Assembly: GCA_012295275.1 (NCBI GenBank)
Contig: CM022670.1
Span: forward strand, 10,664,001-10,728,000
Length of the DNA: 64,000 nucleotides
Origin: Chrysomallon squamiferum
Taxonomy: Eukaryota; Animalia; Mollusca
Direction: 5' to 3'
In this document: positions 48,071-61,227 of the stretch, in pieces
Numbering within the stretch: the stretch's first letter is position 1
Layout: every line of letters starts with the position of its first letter
Notes under the pieces: model-generated
What the model was told of the DNA's origin: nothing
The model's database searches: none
The model's input: only the letters and a program-made list of their open reading frames with translations
Translations under genes and position numbers: made by a program

Positions 48071-48359
48071 GTGTGCCCGAGTGCAAAACGACGCGAACTG
48101 GCGTCGATCTCGTCTGCACTCGGTGACACGGAAACGAGGCTGATATATGCATATCTGAAGAATGAGAGTCTCGCTGTGGGAGATGAAGGTTTATGTTTTC
48201 AGATGGAAACATTAACTGCATCTCAGAGCTCACGGTTCACTTTGTTTTGGTGCAATATTCTTAGTAAACAGGTTCTTATGTCACGTTCGAGTGATTGTGC
48301 CTGACGTGCTCTGCACTAGAAGTGTTATGTTCTGTCGTGCATTCTCACGATTAGCGCAC
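48071..48359. other. GC-enriched island of consecutive imperfect inverted repeats (candidate structured RNA or MRE-containing enhancer)
   Basis: Stems found by eye at 48071-48129, 48135-48173, 48174-48235 and 48297-48359; see findings. Confidence 0.45.
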
Positions 48360-48986
48360 TGAATTATCCTCACTGTTATTGTAAACTGAATACAAAAAAA
48401 AAAAAAAAATCACTTTTTTTTTAATTATATACTTTTTGAAGGCAAAAAAATGTATGAAAACAAACAAATTATTAGCATTAATATTGTCTCGTTATTATTA
48501 TTATTAATTTTCTTCCTACGAAAAGAAGACAACACACCAGTGGAAAGTGAGCCAAGAGAAAGATTTAATATATAGATAAAGAGATCGAGACCGACAGATT
48601 CAGACCAAAAAAATAGAATAATAAATAAATAAATAAAAGAGTCAAAGAGACAAACAGAGACAAAGATTCAGAAAGAAACAGTCAGATATAGAGAAGACAG
48701 ACATACAGTCAGACAGTCAGAGAGAGAGAGTTTACAAACGTAACGAACGATTCATTTCTTTCTGACCTCACCTGAAATAACGATTCCATTCAGTAGTCAC
48801 GATCTCATGAAACATTCAGCAGTTTATTTGTGCACGTGAAGTGAATGTCACAAATGTAGTCAAAGAATACTAAATCACAGATAAATAATTGATCATGGAA
48901 AAGTCATTAGGAAATTGTATTTTTTTTTTCATTTCATGGCTAGAGGTTTTTTTTCTTCTTTATTGCAATGGCCATTTCGTCTGACC

Positions 48987-49025
48987 CACTATGACTGAGA
49001 GTTAGTTTATGTAATTATATGACTG

Positions 49026-49068
<43 letters not shown>

Positions 49069-49070
49069 CT

Positions 49071-49101
<31 letters not shown>

Positions 49102-49139
49102 AACAGTCATAGAATTAAAACTAACTCTCAATCATAGTG
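48987..49139. repeat. Fold-back inverted repeat with (CA)n/(TG)n inner arms
   Basis: CACTATGACTGAGAGTTAGTTTATGTAATTATATGACTGTT(CA)n ... (TG)nAACAGTCATAGAATTAAAACTAACTCTCAATCATAGTG. The unique arms are near-perfect reverse complements around a ~10-nt spacer. Confidence 0.9.
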
Positions 49140-49147
49140 TGTGTGTG

Positions 49148-49181
<34 letters not shown>

Positions 49182-49535
49182 GTGGTATGTATACTTATTT
49201 TAATGTATATTGATTGATACATTCATCAATAGCTACACTTAAATATAGAAACACAATGGTTTGACGTGACATACTTAAACATACTCACAGGCATGCGTAA
49301 TTTATTACGTATCCATTCATGCGTATATTTGTACGTATGTATGTGTGTACATAAATATTCACCTTTTGAATTACATACTTTTTCAAGGCAAAAAAAAGTT
49401 ATGAAAATAAACACACATGCATATATATGTACATACATACATACATACATATACACATATATACATACATAAATGCTTACATATATACATATAAATATAT
49501 ATACAGACACACACACATGTATGTTGGTATATATA

Positions 49536-49566
<31 letters not shown>

Positions 49567-50202
49567 ACATATGTGTGCATACAAGCTTATAATGTGGTTG
49601 TCTGTATGCACAGATGCACGTATTATCATATCTACATCTACCGATCTACGCATGAAAATGTGTTACTGCGTGCACACGAACTTAAATACGTGCACCGACA
49701 CATGCACGCGTCACCCATACGTGTCGAATATAATTAAGCTTTTGAAATATCTCATCAGATACGAGCTTCTAGGTAACTGGCCTGTGGAAAACGTACACAA
49801 TTCTCGGTATACAGCACGCACACAGAGGACACACTCTGCGTCAAAACCGCGAATCTGTCTTTTGTTATTTTCCATGCACACCGGATCTGCTTTTCCGTTC
49901 TAGACAATCGTCACGAGAGGTTAAGAAAACAGAGTGTACAAAGACAATTACATACTTGTTTATTGTTGATTAAATTACCTACGTCAGCTGATCCCCTTAA
50001 GCCTATTCGGTTGGCAGCGGTGGTTATACAGGGAGGGAGGGAGGGAGAGAGAGAGAGTATGTATATAGGTAATTGGTAAATGTAGACGAGTGTTGCGAAC
50101 AGAGTTCGTCTAGTGCGCTGTTTACGACAGAAATGAAATAAAGAACGATCTGTCCCAAATGACGACTCGAGCCACGGTCCTCTTGCCTGTAAAGTGCAAA
50201 GC

Positions 50203-50590
50203 GATAAATGTAGTTGAGATATAGTTTTATTTCATAAATGAAAGACTGTAGTTAATATACTCTTAACTTATAAATGAAAGACTATAGTTAATATACTTAT
50301 AAATGAAAGACTGTAGTTAATATAGTTTTATCTCATAAATGAAAAACTATAGTTAATATATTTTATAATTCATAAATGAAAGACTGAAGTTAAGATGGTC
50401 TTATCACATAAATGAAAGACAATTGTTAATATAGATTTATCTCATTCATAAAATACTATAGTTACATTAGTTTTAATTCATAAATGAAAGACTAGTTAAT
50501 ATGGTCTTATCCCATAAATGAAAGACTGTAGTTAATATAATTATATTTCAAAATAGTGAATATAGATTTATCCCATAAATGAAAGACTAT
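50203..50590. repeat. Degenerate ~36-bp minisatellite, about 10 units
   Basis: Recurrent core ATAAATGAAAGACTRTAGTTAATAT followed by a variable ~10-nt tail (e.g. AGTTTTATCTC, GGTCTTATCCC). Confidence 0.9.
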
Positions 50591-50642
50591 ACATTCAAAT
50601 AGAAACACAGTTATTGTGATATGTTAGAAGGACAAAAACAAA

Positions 50643-50742
<100 letters not shown>

Positions 50743-53700
50743 CAAGCGAAAAAATCCACTCTCTCTCTCTGATTTCAGAAATCACACATTCAGCAACATC
50801 AAAAGAAGAAAACAAAACGACAGCGTGAAAAGAAATAATATAAGCTGCTTGGATAATTATTACTAAACCCAGAACTTTCTTTATTGTACCGAACAGACAA
50901 GTAATGTTATTGGTCTTGATTTGAACTATCATTGAACTGAAACAATAAATCCTCGTCTTTACAACTGTTTTTTTTTTTTTTTAAAAGCTAAATTTAATAT
51001 TGTGTTCGATTATTTATTATTTCAGAACTTTCAAATTACTTTTAGCAATTCATAACTGCGATTACTTTGAGTAATTACTCGAAAATTTAACGTACGTTCA
51101 GATATTTAATTAGGTCAGGCTGCTTCAAAGTAAAATAAATTTGTCGTTTAATTCGGTAATTTCCGAATTTGAAAATTGTACTGTTCGCCATTGTGAACCA
51201 ATATGAACTTGTTTTCTTTTGTTGACAGTTGTTTTACGTGTTTCAAAACACACGCTGTGTGCAGCTCGATGTTAATTTGACCTCACAAAACAATTAATTA
51301 TATCTTCTCTTTCTTCTAAGTCGTCGTCATAATCTGTACCCGGTGACCTTAGAACGAAATGGATTTTTTATTTTTTTTTATTTTTATTTACAACAACTTA
51401 TCGATAATTAGATTTTGCCATTGTGCAATACTGTACTTAATCTGCACTTGTCTTTACACGATAAAAATGTACAACTGTTGCCAAATATCACCACAGCAGA
51501 AACTGCAGAAACTTATTAACATGCCAGAGAAAATTAATAATAAAAATAATAATAATAACAACAGAAGCCGATGTTTTTGCTCAATTATCTGGTAAACAAA
51601 GTAATAAAAAAAAAAGGAAATTTTTATATATATATATTCGTTTGAAAAGAAGCCTGACGTAATGTTTAGTACTAAATATCATCACAGTTGGTTCTGAGCG
51701 AGAGAACACGTTGTTTCGGTTACGCAAGCCTCTAGGAGAGCGTATTGCAGCCAATACTGGTGCAAGACCTATTGAACGCACTCCGTACCATTTTTCGGGG
51801 TCGACTGGTACACGCATCTGAGTGCACGAGCGTATTTCATGATTTCTTGTTGGTTTTTTTTTTTTTTTTTTTTCTTACGCTTTGCAGGCATCTTCGTCTG
51901 TTTTTACGTTTTCAGAACGACGTCGATGTTATTATTCATTATCAGCAGCACTGTTTACCACGTGCTTTAACACTTGACGGACTGAGTCATAAAAATCAGC
52001 TTCTACAAAACAGTTTTACGAAGCTGTTGCCAAATGTTAATAACAAAAAAAATCGACTTTTGCTGACTTTTAACCTGATTTTTTTTTTTTTTTTTTTTTT
52101 TTTATTGGGTTTCTGATAAAATAACTTGTACTTGATAACCTCTTCGAAACTCGATTTTCTCTGATATCTGAAATTAAGAGATGTAACTGATGACTATCAT
52201 TTAACCGTAACAGAAATAACAGAAATAACAGCAACAACAGCGACATCATAAAGTCACAACAAAAATAATAATGTTTTCAACATTGTTCCCATATCGGCAA
52301 AATCCCATCCCACTCACCTCTTGATGTACCAAGGATTATGGTGTGTGTTTTTCCGTTTGTCTTAAACAGAATATAAACTCATCACAGAAGCAAAGCATAG
52401 TATGTATATTCTAAAAATTATGTCTGGAAAAAGAGAAGAAGTAGAAAAAAAAAAGGATGACTGTATGTGGCAAACTAGTGAAAAATTAAGTTCTGATGGT
52501 TTCGTTAAGAAATACAAACGTTACATTTTTACAATAACAGCTGCAAGATATGCATATGCATATATCTATGTATCTAGCTGTCTGTCTGGCTCTGTGTCTA
52601 GCTATATATATGTGTGTATGTGTGTGTGTGTGTACGTGTGTATGTATATGAATGTATGTATGTGATGCGTGTGTGCGTGCGAGTATGTGTTTAACGTCAC
52701 TGTATGTGTGTGTGTGTGTGTGTGTGAAGTAAAACCTTTTATTGCAAATTCTGCTGAAAAAAAATCTTTTTGTGAGTATTTATATCACTATGCTTTTCGA
52801 CGTAATAGTTTTTATAGTAATAGTAGTTATTGTAATAGTTTTATTTGAAGTAGTAGTACTTGTAGCAGTAGTCGTCGTTGCTCTGATAGTAATAACAGTG
52901 GCAGTAGTAATGATAACGTTTAAGACAGATTTTATTGGAATCTAATCCACCGAAAGAAATCAATACATTTCGTATTGTTTGTTACTGGGTTATCAAGGAC
53001 ACCTTAAAACGACACTCTTTACTAAGTAATTAATAATATCGAGTTTCTGTCTTGCTACATTAGCAGTCGATATTGTGAAGTGATTGGAGGGTTTTACAGC
53101 TTGATGGAAATCGGTTCGCAAAGCGGTAATTCGCTGGGTGGATTCTCGTCGGGGTAAAAATGTCAGTTCTAACTAGAGCGCGAAGGCCCTGGCTTGTTCT
53201 CTCGTTTGTTTGTTGTTGGGTTTTTTTTTTTTTTTTTTTGTCGATTGCCTATAACCAGGTAGCAGCAGGTTTATCGTTTAAATATCTGTTTAAAACACGA
53301 AGTAAAGCTAATATAAACGTCTTAAAGTGTTCCTAAAGGGTGTTCATAAATAAATAAATAAATAAATAGAAAAAAAACAAAAAAAAACAAAACGATTTTT
53401 TCTCGTATTGACAGTTCCACACTGCTGTAACAGGAAATCGCAATGCTATACTAATCTGTAGTGTTCGATTTTCCAAGCAGCTAAATGAATAAACAATATA
53501 TTAGCAAATATAATAATAATAATAATGATAATAATAATGATGATGATGATGATGATAGATGATGATGATGACACATATAACAATACTAATACTAATATTA
53601 ATACTAATACCAATACTTACGCTGATAATAACATAAATAAATAAATGTCTAACAAAAGTAATCGTTTAAAATTCAGGGTTTTTCAAAGTGACGATATAAC

Positions 53701-54269
53701 AGGAAACCAGAGGCCAACATACCATGATAATTTCCTCATCAATCACCAAAATTGAAGAAAAAAATAAGATCATTAGAATCAGTTCAAAAGAGGAATTCGA
53801 TTGATGTGTAAAGACATATCAGAAATACATGTTAATACGAACATTAAATTATATATAACAAATTAAAAAAAAAAAAAAAAAAAATTTCTCTCCTAGAGAT
53901 ATCCATAATTCCCTTCCGGGTTCCGCTGAATTTCGTTCGGTCGTTGAACTGTGAGTTACAGTTGGGAAAAAAAGGTTTAAATGGTTTGAGGGTTTCTAAA
54001 TGTTCTTGACATTAATTTCCAACTGGAAGTGATGAATTGACCGTCATGAGTAGGGTCGTGATGTATGATAATAGTTATTATATAGCTTATGTCCTTTCGA
54101 TTTGTCAATTAAATGACGTAACAAGTTCGTTTCGTTCCCAGGTAACGAGTATATCATTTTAAATGTTGACCGATTTTTAAATTAATAGTCCATTTTCTGT
54201 AATGTATTACGTGTTTTATTTGCAAAATACTACTATTACTATTACTACTACTACTACTACTACTACATT

Positions 54270-54335
<66 letters not shown>

Positions 54336-54879
54336 TAATAATTTTAAAAGCAGAGATAAATGCATGCTTTCTGTGAGAGCACAGAAAGAGTTACAGAGAA
54401 AGATAACCGATTAAACAGAATAATTCAGAAAATGACTACAGAAAAAATAACATTTAAGATAGAGAGAAAACATTGAAGGAAGGAAGATGGGAAAAAATAA
54501 AATAAAATAAAATAAAATAAAATAAAATAAAAACCGAACTATATTTCATGGCAACCAGAAACGGAAGACACTGCGCTGTGATCAAATAACAAATTGATAT
54601 AATCGTTGAAGTGAGCCAGTGGCTGTATTACATCATACGGCACGTGATGTCGTCATGCCTGAAGGACGTCAGTAATTAGGGTAATGAGATGACAGCCACC
54701 TTTGTGTTTGACCTTCTCCTAAACAAATTTTTATTTCTTTTCAGTGTGAATGAACTAATAAATGAGTTTGAAAATCATTAACATTAATGTAATTATTTTT
54801 CTCTTTCTCATTTTGTTTTATTTCGAGAGATAAATTCGTTGAAATCGATTCTTTCTCCACTCTTTGTCATCCCTCATAT

Positions 54880-54916
<37 letters not shown>

Positions 54917-55019
54917 CCAGTCATCTCTATAAAAAGCTAATTAAGCTAATTTCTTAAATCAGTGAAAATCAGTTTATTATTAGCTATGTCAAACGTAGTC
55001 TCAAATTTTTTGTATTGTT

Positions 55020-55097
<78 letters not shown>

Positions 55098-56236
55098 GCT
55101 TCATTACTTGCATTTGTCGCAGTTACAAATGGCTGAAAGAAATCATAAGCGTGCTTTTTAGACTGGAAACTAGAACAGATGTAGAAGATGGCAAGATCTG
55201 AAAACATGTCAGTGAAAGATCTAGTAGTACCGCCTGCTTGCTTACCAGCTGAGTCATTTTACTTATTTAAAGAAAGAAAGTGGGGAAAAAATAATAAATT
55301 AAAAAAAGTAATACAAAAATAAAAAATAAAAATAGGACAGAGAGAGATAGAGAGAAGAAAAAGAGATGAAGAAAAGAAAAACGAATGATCGTTACTAAGA
55401 TGGCGGCTCAGAAAAGCGTAGCTTGCAAGGCTCATTAAGCAACAGTTTGTTAAATCGATGGAAACCGAGAATATTTGTCACGACTAGCTTTGGTACCTTA
55501 TTGTGACGTAGTGAAAATTAACGCATATTGACAAATCGTGACATTTAATTCCACCAAAACCAAAGAGCACCGTAATTGTTTACAATCTATTTAAATGTCG
55601 TTCATAGGAAGAGCGAACGTTCCTCTTAATTTTTTGTTTTGTTGTCCTAGTTCATAAATATTGATATTTTAATGTTTCATAACTTAATAATAGTGCCTTG
55701 AAGCTAAGCTCATTATAACAGATTTAAAAAAGAAAGAAAGAAATAAGAAATACTTCTTTTTAATTTTTTTTTTTTTTTTTTTTATTAAAAATCAGCTATA
55801 TTATCCCACACATTTTTAATTAAAAGGTTGTGTCTAAAAAGTTTTGATTGGTCTCAGGAGTGTAATGACCTTCGCAATAAAGCTAAAGACACACCCCAAC
55901 CCACTCCATATTCCTTAAATAAATTCAGCTCAAACAATGATAGCTATTTTTGAATTTTCAGTACGAAGTTGGAACGTCTAAACCTTTCTTACAGTGTGTA
56001 TTTCTTTCTAAATTTGTCATTTCTTTCTACATTTGTACATATATGCATGCCTATACATACATACATACATACATTACACACACATACAAACACACACACA
56101 CACATTTTACTGTAGATACATGTGTTTGAATGACTGAATGAATGCAGCGTGCATTTATTTATATATTTTGTTTTTTATTTCTTACCATAATTATTTCTTT
56201 ATTTATTTATTTTAAAAATATTCATTCATATATGTG

Positions 56237-56267
<31 letters not shown>

Positions 56268-56811
56268 ACACACACGTACACACACATATGTATATTTATA
56301 GTCTTGTTTCTAACCACACCTCTCATTTCGTTTGAAGTATTCCAAAAACAACCTTCCTTGAGGTCTTGATCTAAAATAAAGTGTTTACTTTCTGTTTTAG
56401 GTATAAACATAAATTTACAGTTTTATGTCGAGGTAATTTAAATTAAACCAGGCGAGGCTGGAATTAAAAAAAATAAAATAAAAAATTATTTTTTTACCAA
56501 ACAGGTCATAGAAAAGACATGAATAACAGTTATTTAAAAATAATCATTAACTGTTTTCGGTATGATAAAGAAAAAAAAAAAAAAAAAAAAAAAAAAAAGA
56601 AATTTAATTCTTAAAATAAAATCACTCAAAAACACATGTTAAAAATTAACTTATTTGAAGCTGCAGTGTATTTTTATTTTTCTGGTCTAAATTTAGCACA
56701 CAATACAAATACATTTAATCTGTATATTTTAAGAGATCTGACTCTTCTGAATGTATTATATTATATTTTTGTATCACCTGCTAACTATTTCGGGAAATTA
56801 TTAAAAAAAAA

Positions 56812-56843
<32 letters not shown>

Positions 56844-57606
56844 AAAAAAAAAAAAAAAAAAAAAAAAGAATTGGGCAATAAAAATAATTTCCACGAAGAC
56901 AAATAAAATGATTAACATTTAGCGACTATTTTCAGTGGGTCAGAATGGATGGTATTAATGAAAAGCGTTCTCAGATATGGCGCATTGTTAATTAATTCAG
57001 TAGTATAAACCTTGATGTTGCTATGGTAACAGCTTCAGATTTTATGACGACGCATATTTAGATGGACTCTCGTTAGCGTTCAAAGTTAATTGGAGATGCA
57101 TCACACCTCTGTTCTGTGTCTTGTCTCTCTAACCAGTGTCCTGACATATTTACGTGTTGTACACGTCACAGTCTCCTAACAAGAACGCTAGCGACTTCAG
57201 TGAATGTATGTACTTTTCAAACGATAGACAGACTGACTTGACTGTGTCTGGCACTCTGGCTGTTTGACTGACTGAACGACCTCGTTTGAAATATTCCTAT
57301 TTCTTTTGAGATAAAATAATTAAAATATAAATCAGTTACATAACAAATTTTGCATAAAAAAAGAAAAGAAAAAAAAAGTAGCAGCTGCCATTTTGTCTTT
57401 TAACCTTTTTACTTATGACGTCACGTTTTATTTTATTTATTTTTTTGTTTGTTTTTACTTTTCATATGATTTACTAATTTATTGTTATTATTATTATTAT
57501 TATTATTATTTTTGTTTGTTTTTGTTATTTCACTTTAATGTCAATGATTATTAGATTAGTGGCTAGTCTATCTTTCTTTAATTTTCTTCTTTCTTCTTCT
57601 TTCTTT

Positions 57607-57660
<54 letters not shown>

Positions 57661-58447
57661 GACATAAAGTAAACTATGCTTGAAAATAACATGCTTGAAA
57701 AAAAATCACTGAAAAGAATGACAAACACACATATCATTTATACAGTTGCTATTGATTGTTCTATTATTAAACTAAATATAATGGAACATCTGCCCCTCTT
57801 CGACACCTGAGACAAAAATAACCTTGAGATAGTTAAATCCAACCTATATTTGTTTAAAGTGTGGAAGGTTCAAGGATGAAAGACAAGATACATCTCAGTG
57901 TATTGTATTGATTTAATAAATACAAGAACAAAAATAAATACATGAAATAAAATGTAATGAAATAAAAGAAAAGAATTAAAAGAACAAAAAAAGGAGGAAA
58001 ACCAACTAGAACAAAACAAAACAATCAAACACAGACACACATATATATAGTAATGAATAATGTGTAAATAAATAAAAATAAAAACAAAGATAAATAAACA
58101 AATCACAATATTACTGTTTCTTTTTATTTCTTTTTAAATTTCTGTAAATATTTTTGATATTCTTTTAATTTTTTTTTTTTTTTTTTTTTTGTATTTGTTT
58201 CCGTACTTTTTTGTTTTCTTATATATTTTTTCCTTTCTTCTATTCTTTTCTTTTTTTTTTTTTTTTTTACCCCCTCTCCTTTTTTTAGAACCATTTTTTT
58301 TTTTTTTTTTATACGCGTCTGCTCTTGCTTAGCTGACGTCACATTTCACTATCAAAACACAGCTGTTTCAATATTTGATCATACTGTTTGTAAATCAATT
58401 TTTAGAAAAAAATAAAACAATAAAAATAGGACATTTATAATAACATT

Positions 58448-58504
<57 letters not shown>

Positions 58505-58968
58505 GTTATTGCTTTTTTTTTTGTTGTTGTTACCAGAACAACTGCTATTTTACTGATTCTGTTTGTTTCTTAGCATCGTTTCAAATCCTCAGCATCAAAA
58601 ACTCAGTATTTATATTCTGTATTTTAACGTCTACCACTGGACGCATGGATATATTATATACTTCCAAGTTATTATTTTACTGCAATGGGCAATCTATCTA
58701 ATAATATATTTTAAGTAGAGTTTAATATTTCGGAAATGGAGTCGTCACGCCATTATGAAGACAAGCTGAGTGATAGGTGACTTTTAACTGATGCTAGAAG
58801 GAACCCGACTTCACGACTAAAAAACAAAATAAAAAAATTAATAAATGGCTACGCTCAAATATTCTTTTAGCAATACTCGTTTGTGGTTATATTTCGGATT
58901 AATTAAGTTTGAGTAGAAAAAAACAAATGGTTCATAACTTGAAAATATGCATTTCTTTTTCTGAAATC

Positions 58969-59003
<35 letters not shown>

Positions 59004-59044
59004 TATTATTAATAATAAATAAAAATAACAACAACAATAAAACA

Positions 59045-59099
<55 letters not shown>

Positions 59100-59510
59100 G
59101 TTTAAATATCATTTAAAATTGTTTGTAGTGTGTGTGTGTGTGTGAATATAATTATATAGCATGCATGTTCAAAGTATTTATATCTTCCATCAGCCTGAAA
59201 ATTGAAAAAAAAAGGAAATATGGAGTTGTTATGTGTATGTTAAGGAATCTTTTAATTTCCTTTAGTCACTTTTTATTTTTGAAAAAAGAAAAAAGGGAGA
59301 AATGTTAAGTTTAGTTCAAACATTAATCCTGTCACAAAAACAAAATCTAGATACGTGTTCTGCTATCATCCGGACATGTATGTGATTTTGTACCAATCTT
59401 ACATCGACCCAATTTATAATCGGTGATATATTAGGATACTTTCAGATCATTATGATACTGTTATTTAAACAATTAAAGTGTACATGTGGCTTTACAAAAG
59501 AATCTATATA

Positions 59511-59819
59511 CGGGTACCGGATCAATTACCCAGCGTCCTGAAATCCGGAAAGACCAGAAAACCGGAAGTTTTCCCCGACGCTATTTTTTTTTAATTCGCG
59601 CGCGAGCAGTTGTTGTCCTCACCATACCGGAACTACTCTTTCAAGCCGCGTGGCGTTTATTCACTCGCCGCACTTTTTACGTGTCGAGTTGACACAGTTG
59701 TGTATCGTTATTTTTTTTAATGTTTTTAATTTTAAAATGTTTATGCCTAATTATTTACGTATCCAGAAATCCGGAATGCCTCAGGCCCCAAGGAGTCCGG
59801 ATAATTGGTCCGGTACCTG
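59511..59819. mobile_element. 309-bp non-autonomous DNA transposon (MITE), Tc1/mariner superfamily, pogo/Tigger-like
   Basis: TIRs: CGGGTACCGGATCAATTACCC (left) versus reverse complement of right end CAGGTACCGGACCAATTATCC, 18/21 identical. TA on both flanks (59509-59510, 59820-59821). Subterminal AAATCCGGAA repeats near both ends. GC-rich relative to flanks; no transposase. Confidence 0.85.
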
Positions 59820-60328
59820 TATATTTACAAGTTACCATTTTATTTGGTTTGAGTGGCCTGAAATCATTAATAATAGATTATCATAATAGAAAAATGATGC
59901 TAGAAAACATTTGAACGCAATGTTTCACCCTTTTACAACTGGAGTATTCGTTATTCACTAAAATATGAGTCAACAAAAATATAAATAAATTAATTAATTA
60001 AATTAAATTATAAAAACAACAACAAAAGAAATAAAAACAAAATGAAAAATACACATGCACACTCACACACACACACACACATAAACCACCCCTCAAAATA
60101 TACAAGAAGACACATACACACATACATACAAAATAAAAAAATAAAAAAAACATATATTCAACGTTTGCTTGATGCATTTATACCTTTTCTAAATGTATAC
60201 TTTAATATAGTAATCGATCAAATATCGAGACACACATGCACACATATATATAGACTGACAGACAGATGGATTGATGGAGGGGTGGATGAATGGATGGATA
60301 GATAGATAACCGGGGAGTGACTGGCTGA

Positions 60329-60405
<77 letters not shown>

Positions 60406-60713
60406 AATAATGAAGTTGATGATGATGATGATACACATTTTAAGGATGTCTTCGTAAAATACATGTTAATCTGAAATTCGAAGATTAAATCTAGTTTTCA
60501 GTTCTCCATTGTAAAAGTTTTATATGACAAAATAAGGAAAATCAAAATTAAGTTTTATAACAAAATACAGTCCTTTAATGTAATACATAAAAATAAAATA
60601 AAAAAAATACAATAAACTTAACTAAACTAAACTAAACTAAAATATAAAAATAAAATATGAAAGTAAAGCAAAAAAAAAAAAAATTGAAATCCATAAATCT
60701 GTAACGTGTTTTC

Positions 60714-60800
<87 letters not shown>

Positions 60801-61192
60801 AAAAACCCAGCTGTTTCTGGTTGACAGCAAGTAATGTGACCAACACTAAGCATCTTGTAATACAATAACATCGTTCCATGATACGTAACCTTGTTACGTA
60901 AGCAAAACTGGAAACCATGGAGACAGTTACAGAACATATTCCAACGGAGACAAACGGACGTAGGCAGAGCGCGACAACAATCTATTTTAATATTGTCCGA
61001 TTTGTCTTGTCAGTACTAATACTAATACTAATAATACTAATAATAATAACACAAGAACAAGAATAATAATAATGATGATAATCATAATACAGTAATAATA
61101 ATGTTTTAAAAAGAAAAAATGTAAGCTAGAAAAGTAAAAAAGAAAATAAACTAACAGAAACACTAATTAAAAAAAAAATTAAAAATTAAAAG

Positions 61193-61227
<35 letters not shown>

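Noticed and set aside
48131-48210. Hammerhead ribozyme (CTGAAGA and GAAAC words) or 7SK-like GATC stem
   Set aside because: No NUH cleavage triplet or stem III in the required geometry; the second 7SK GATC is absent (GATA instead).
50203-50590. CRISPR-like array, or miR-71 copies (TGAAAGAC)
   Set aside because: Eukaryotic context with no cas genes; the 'spacers' are ~10 nt and mutually related; there is no hairpin or mature miR-71 match beyond 8 nt.
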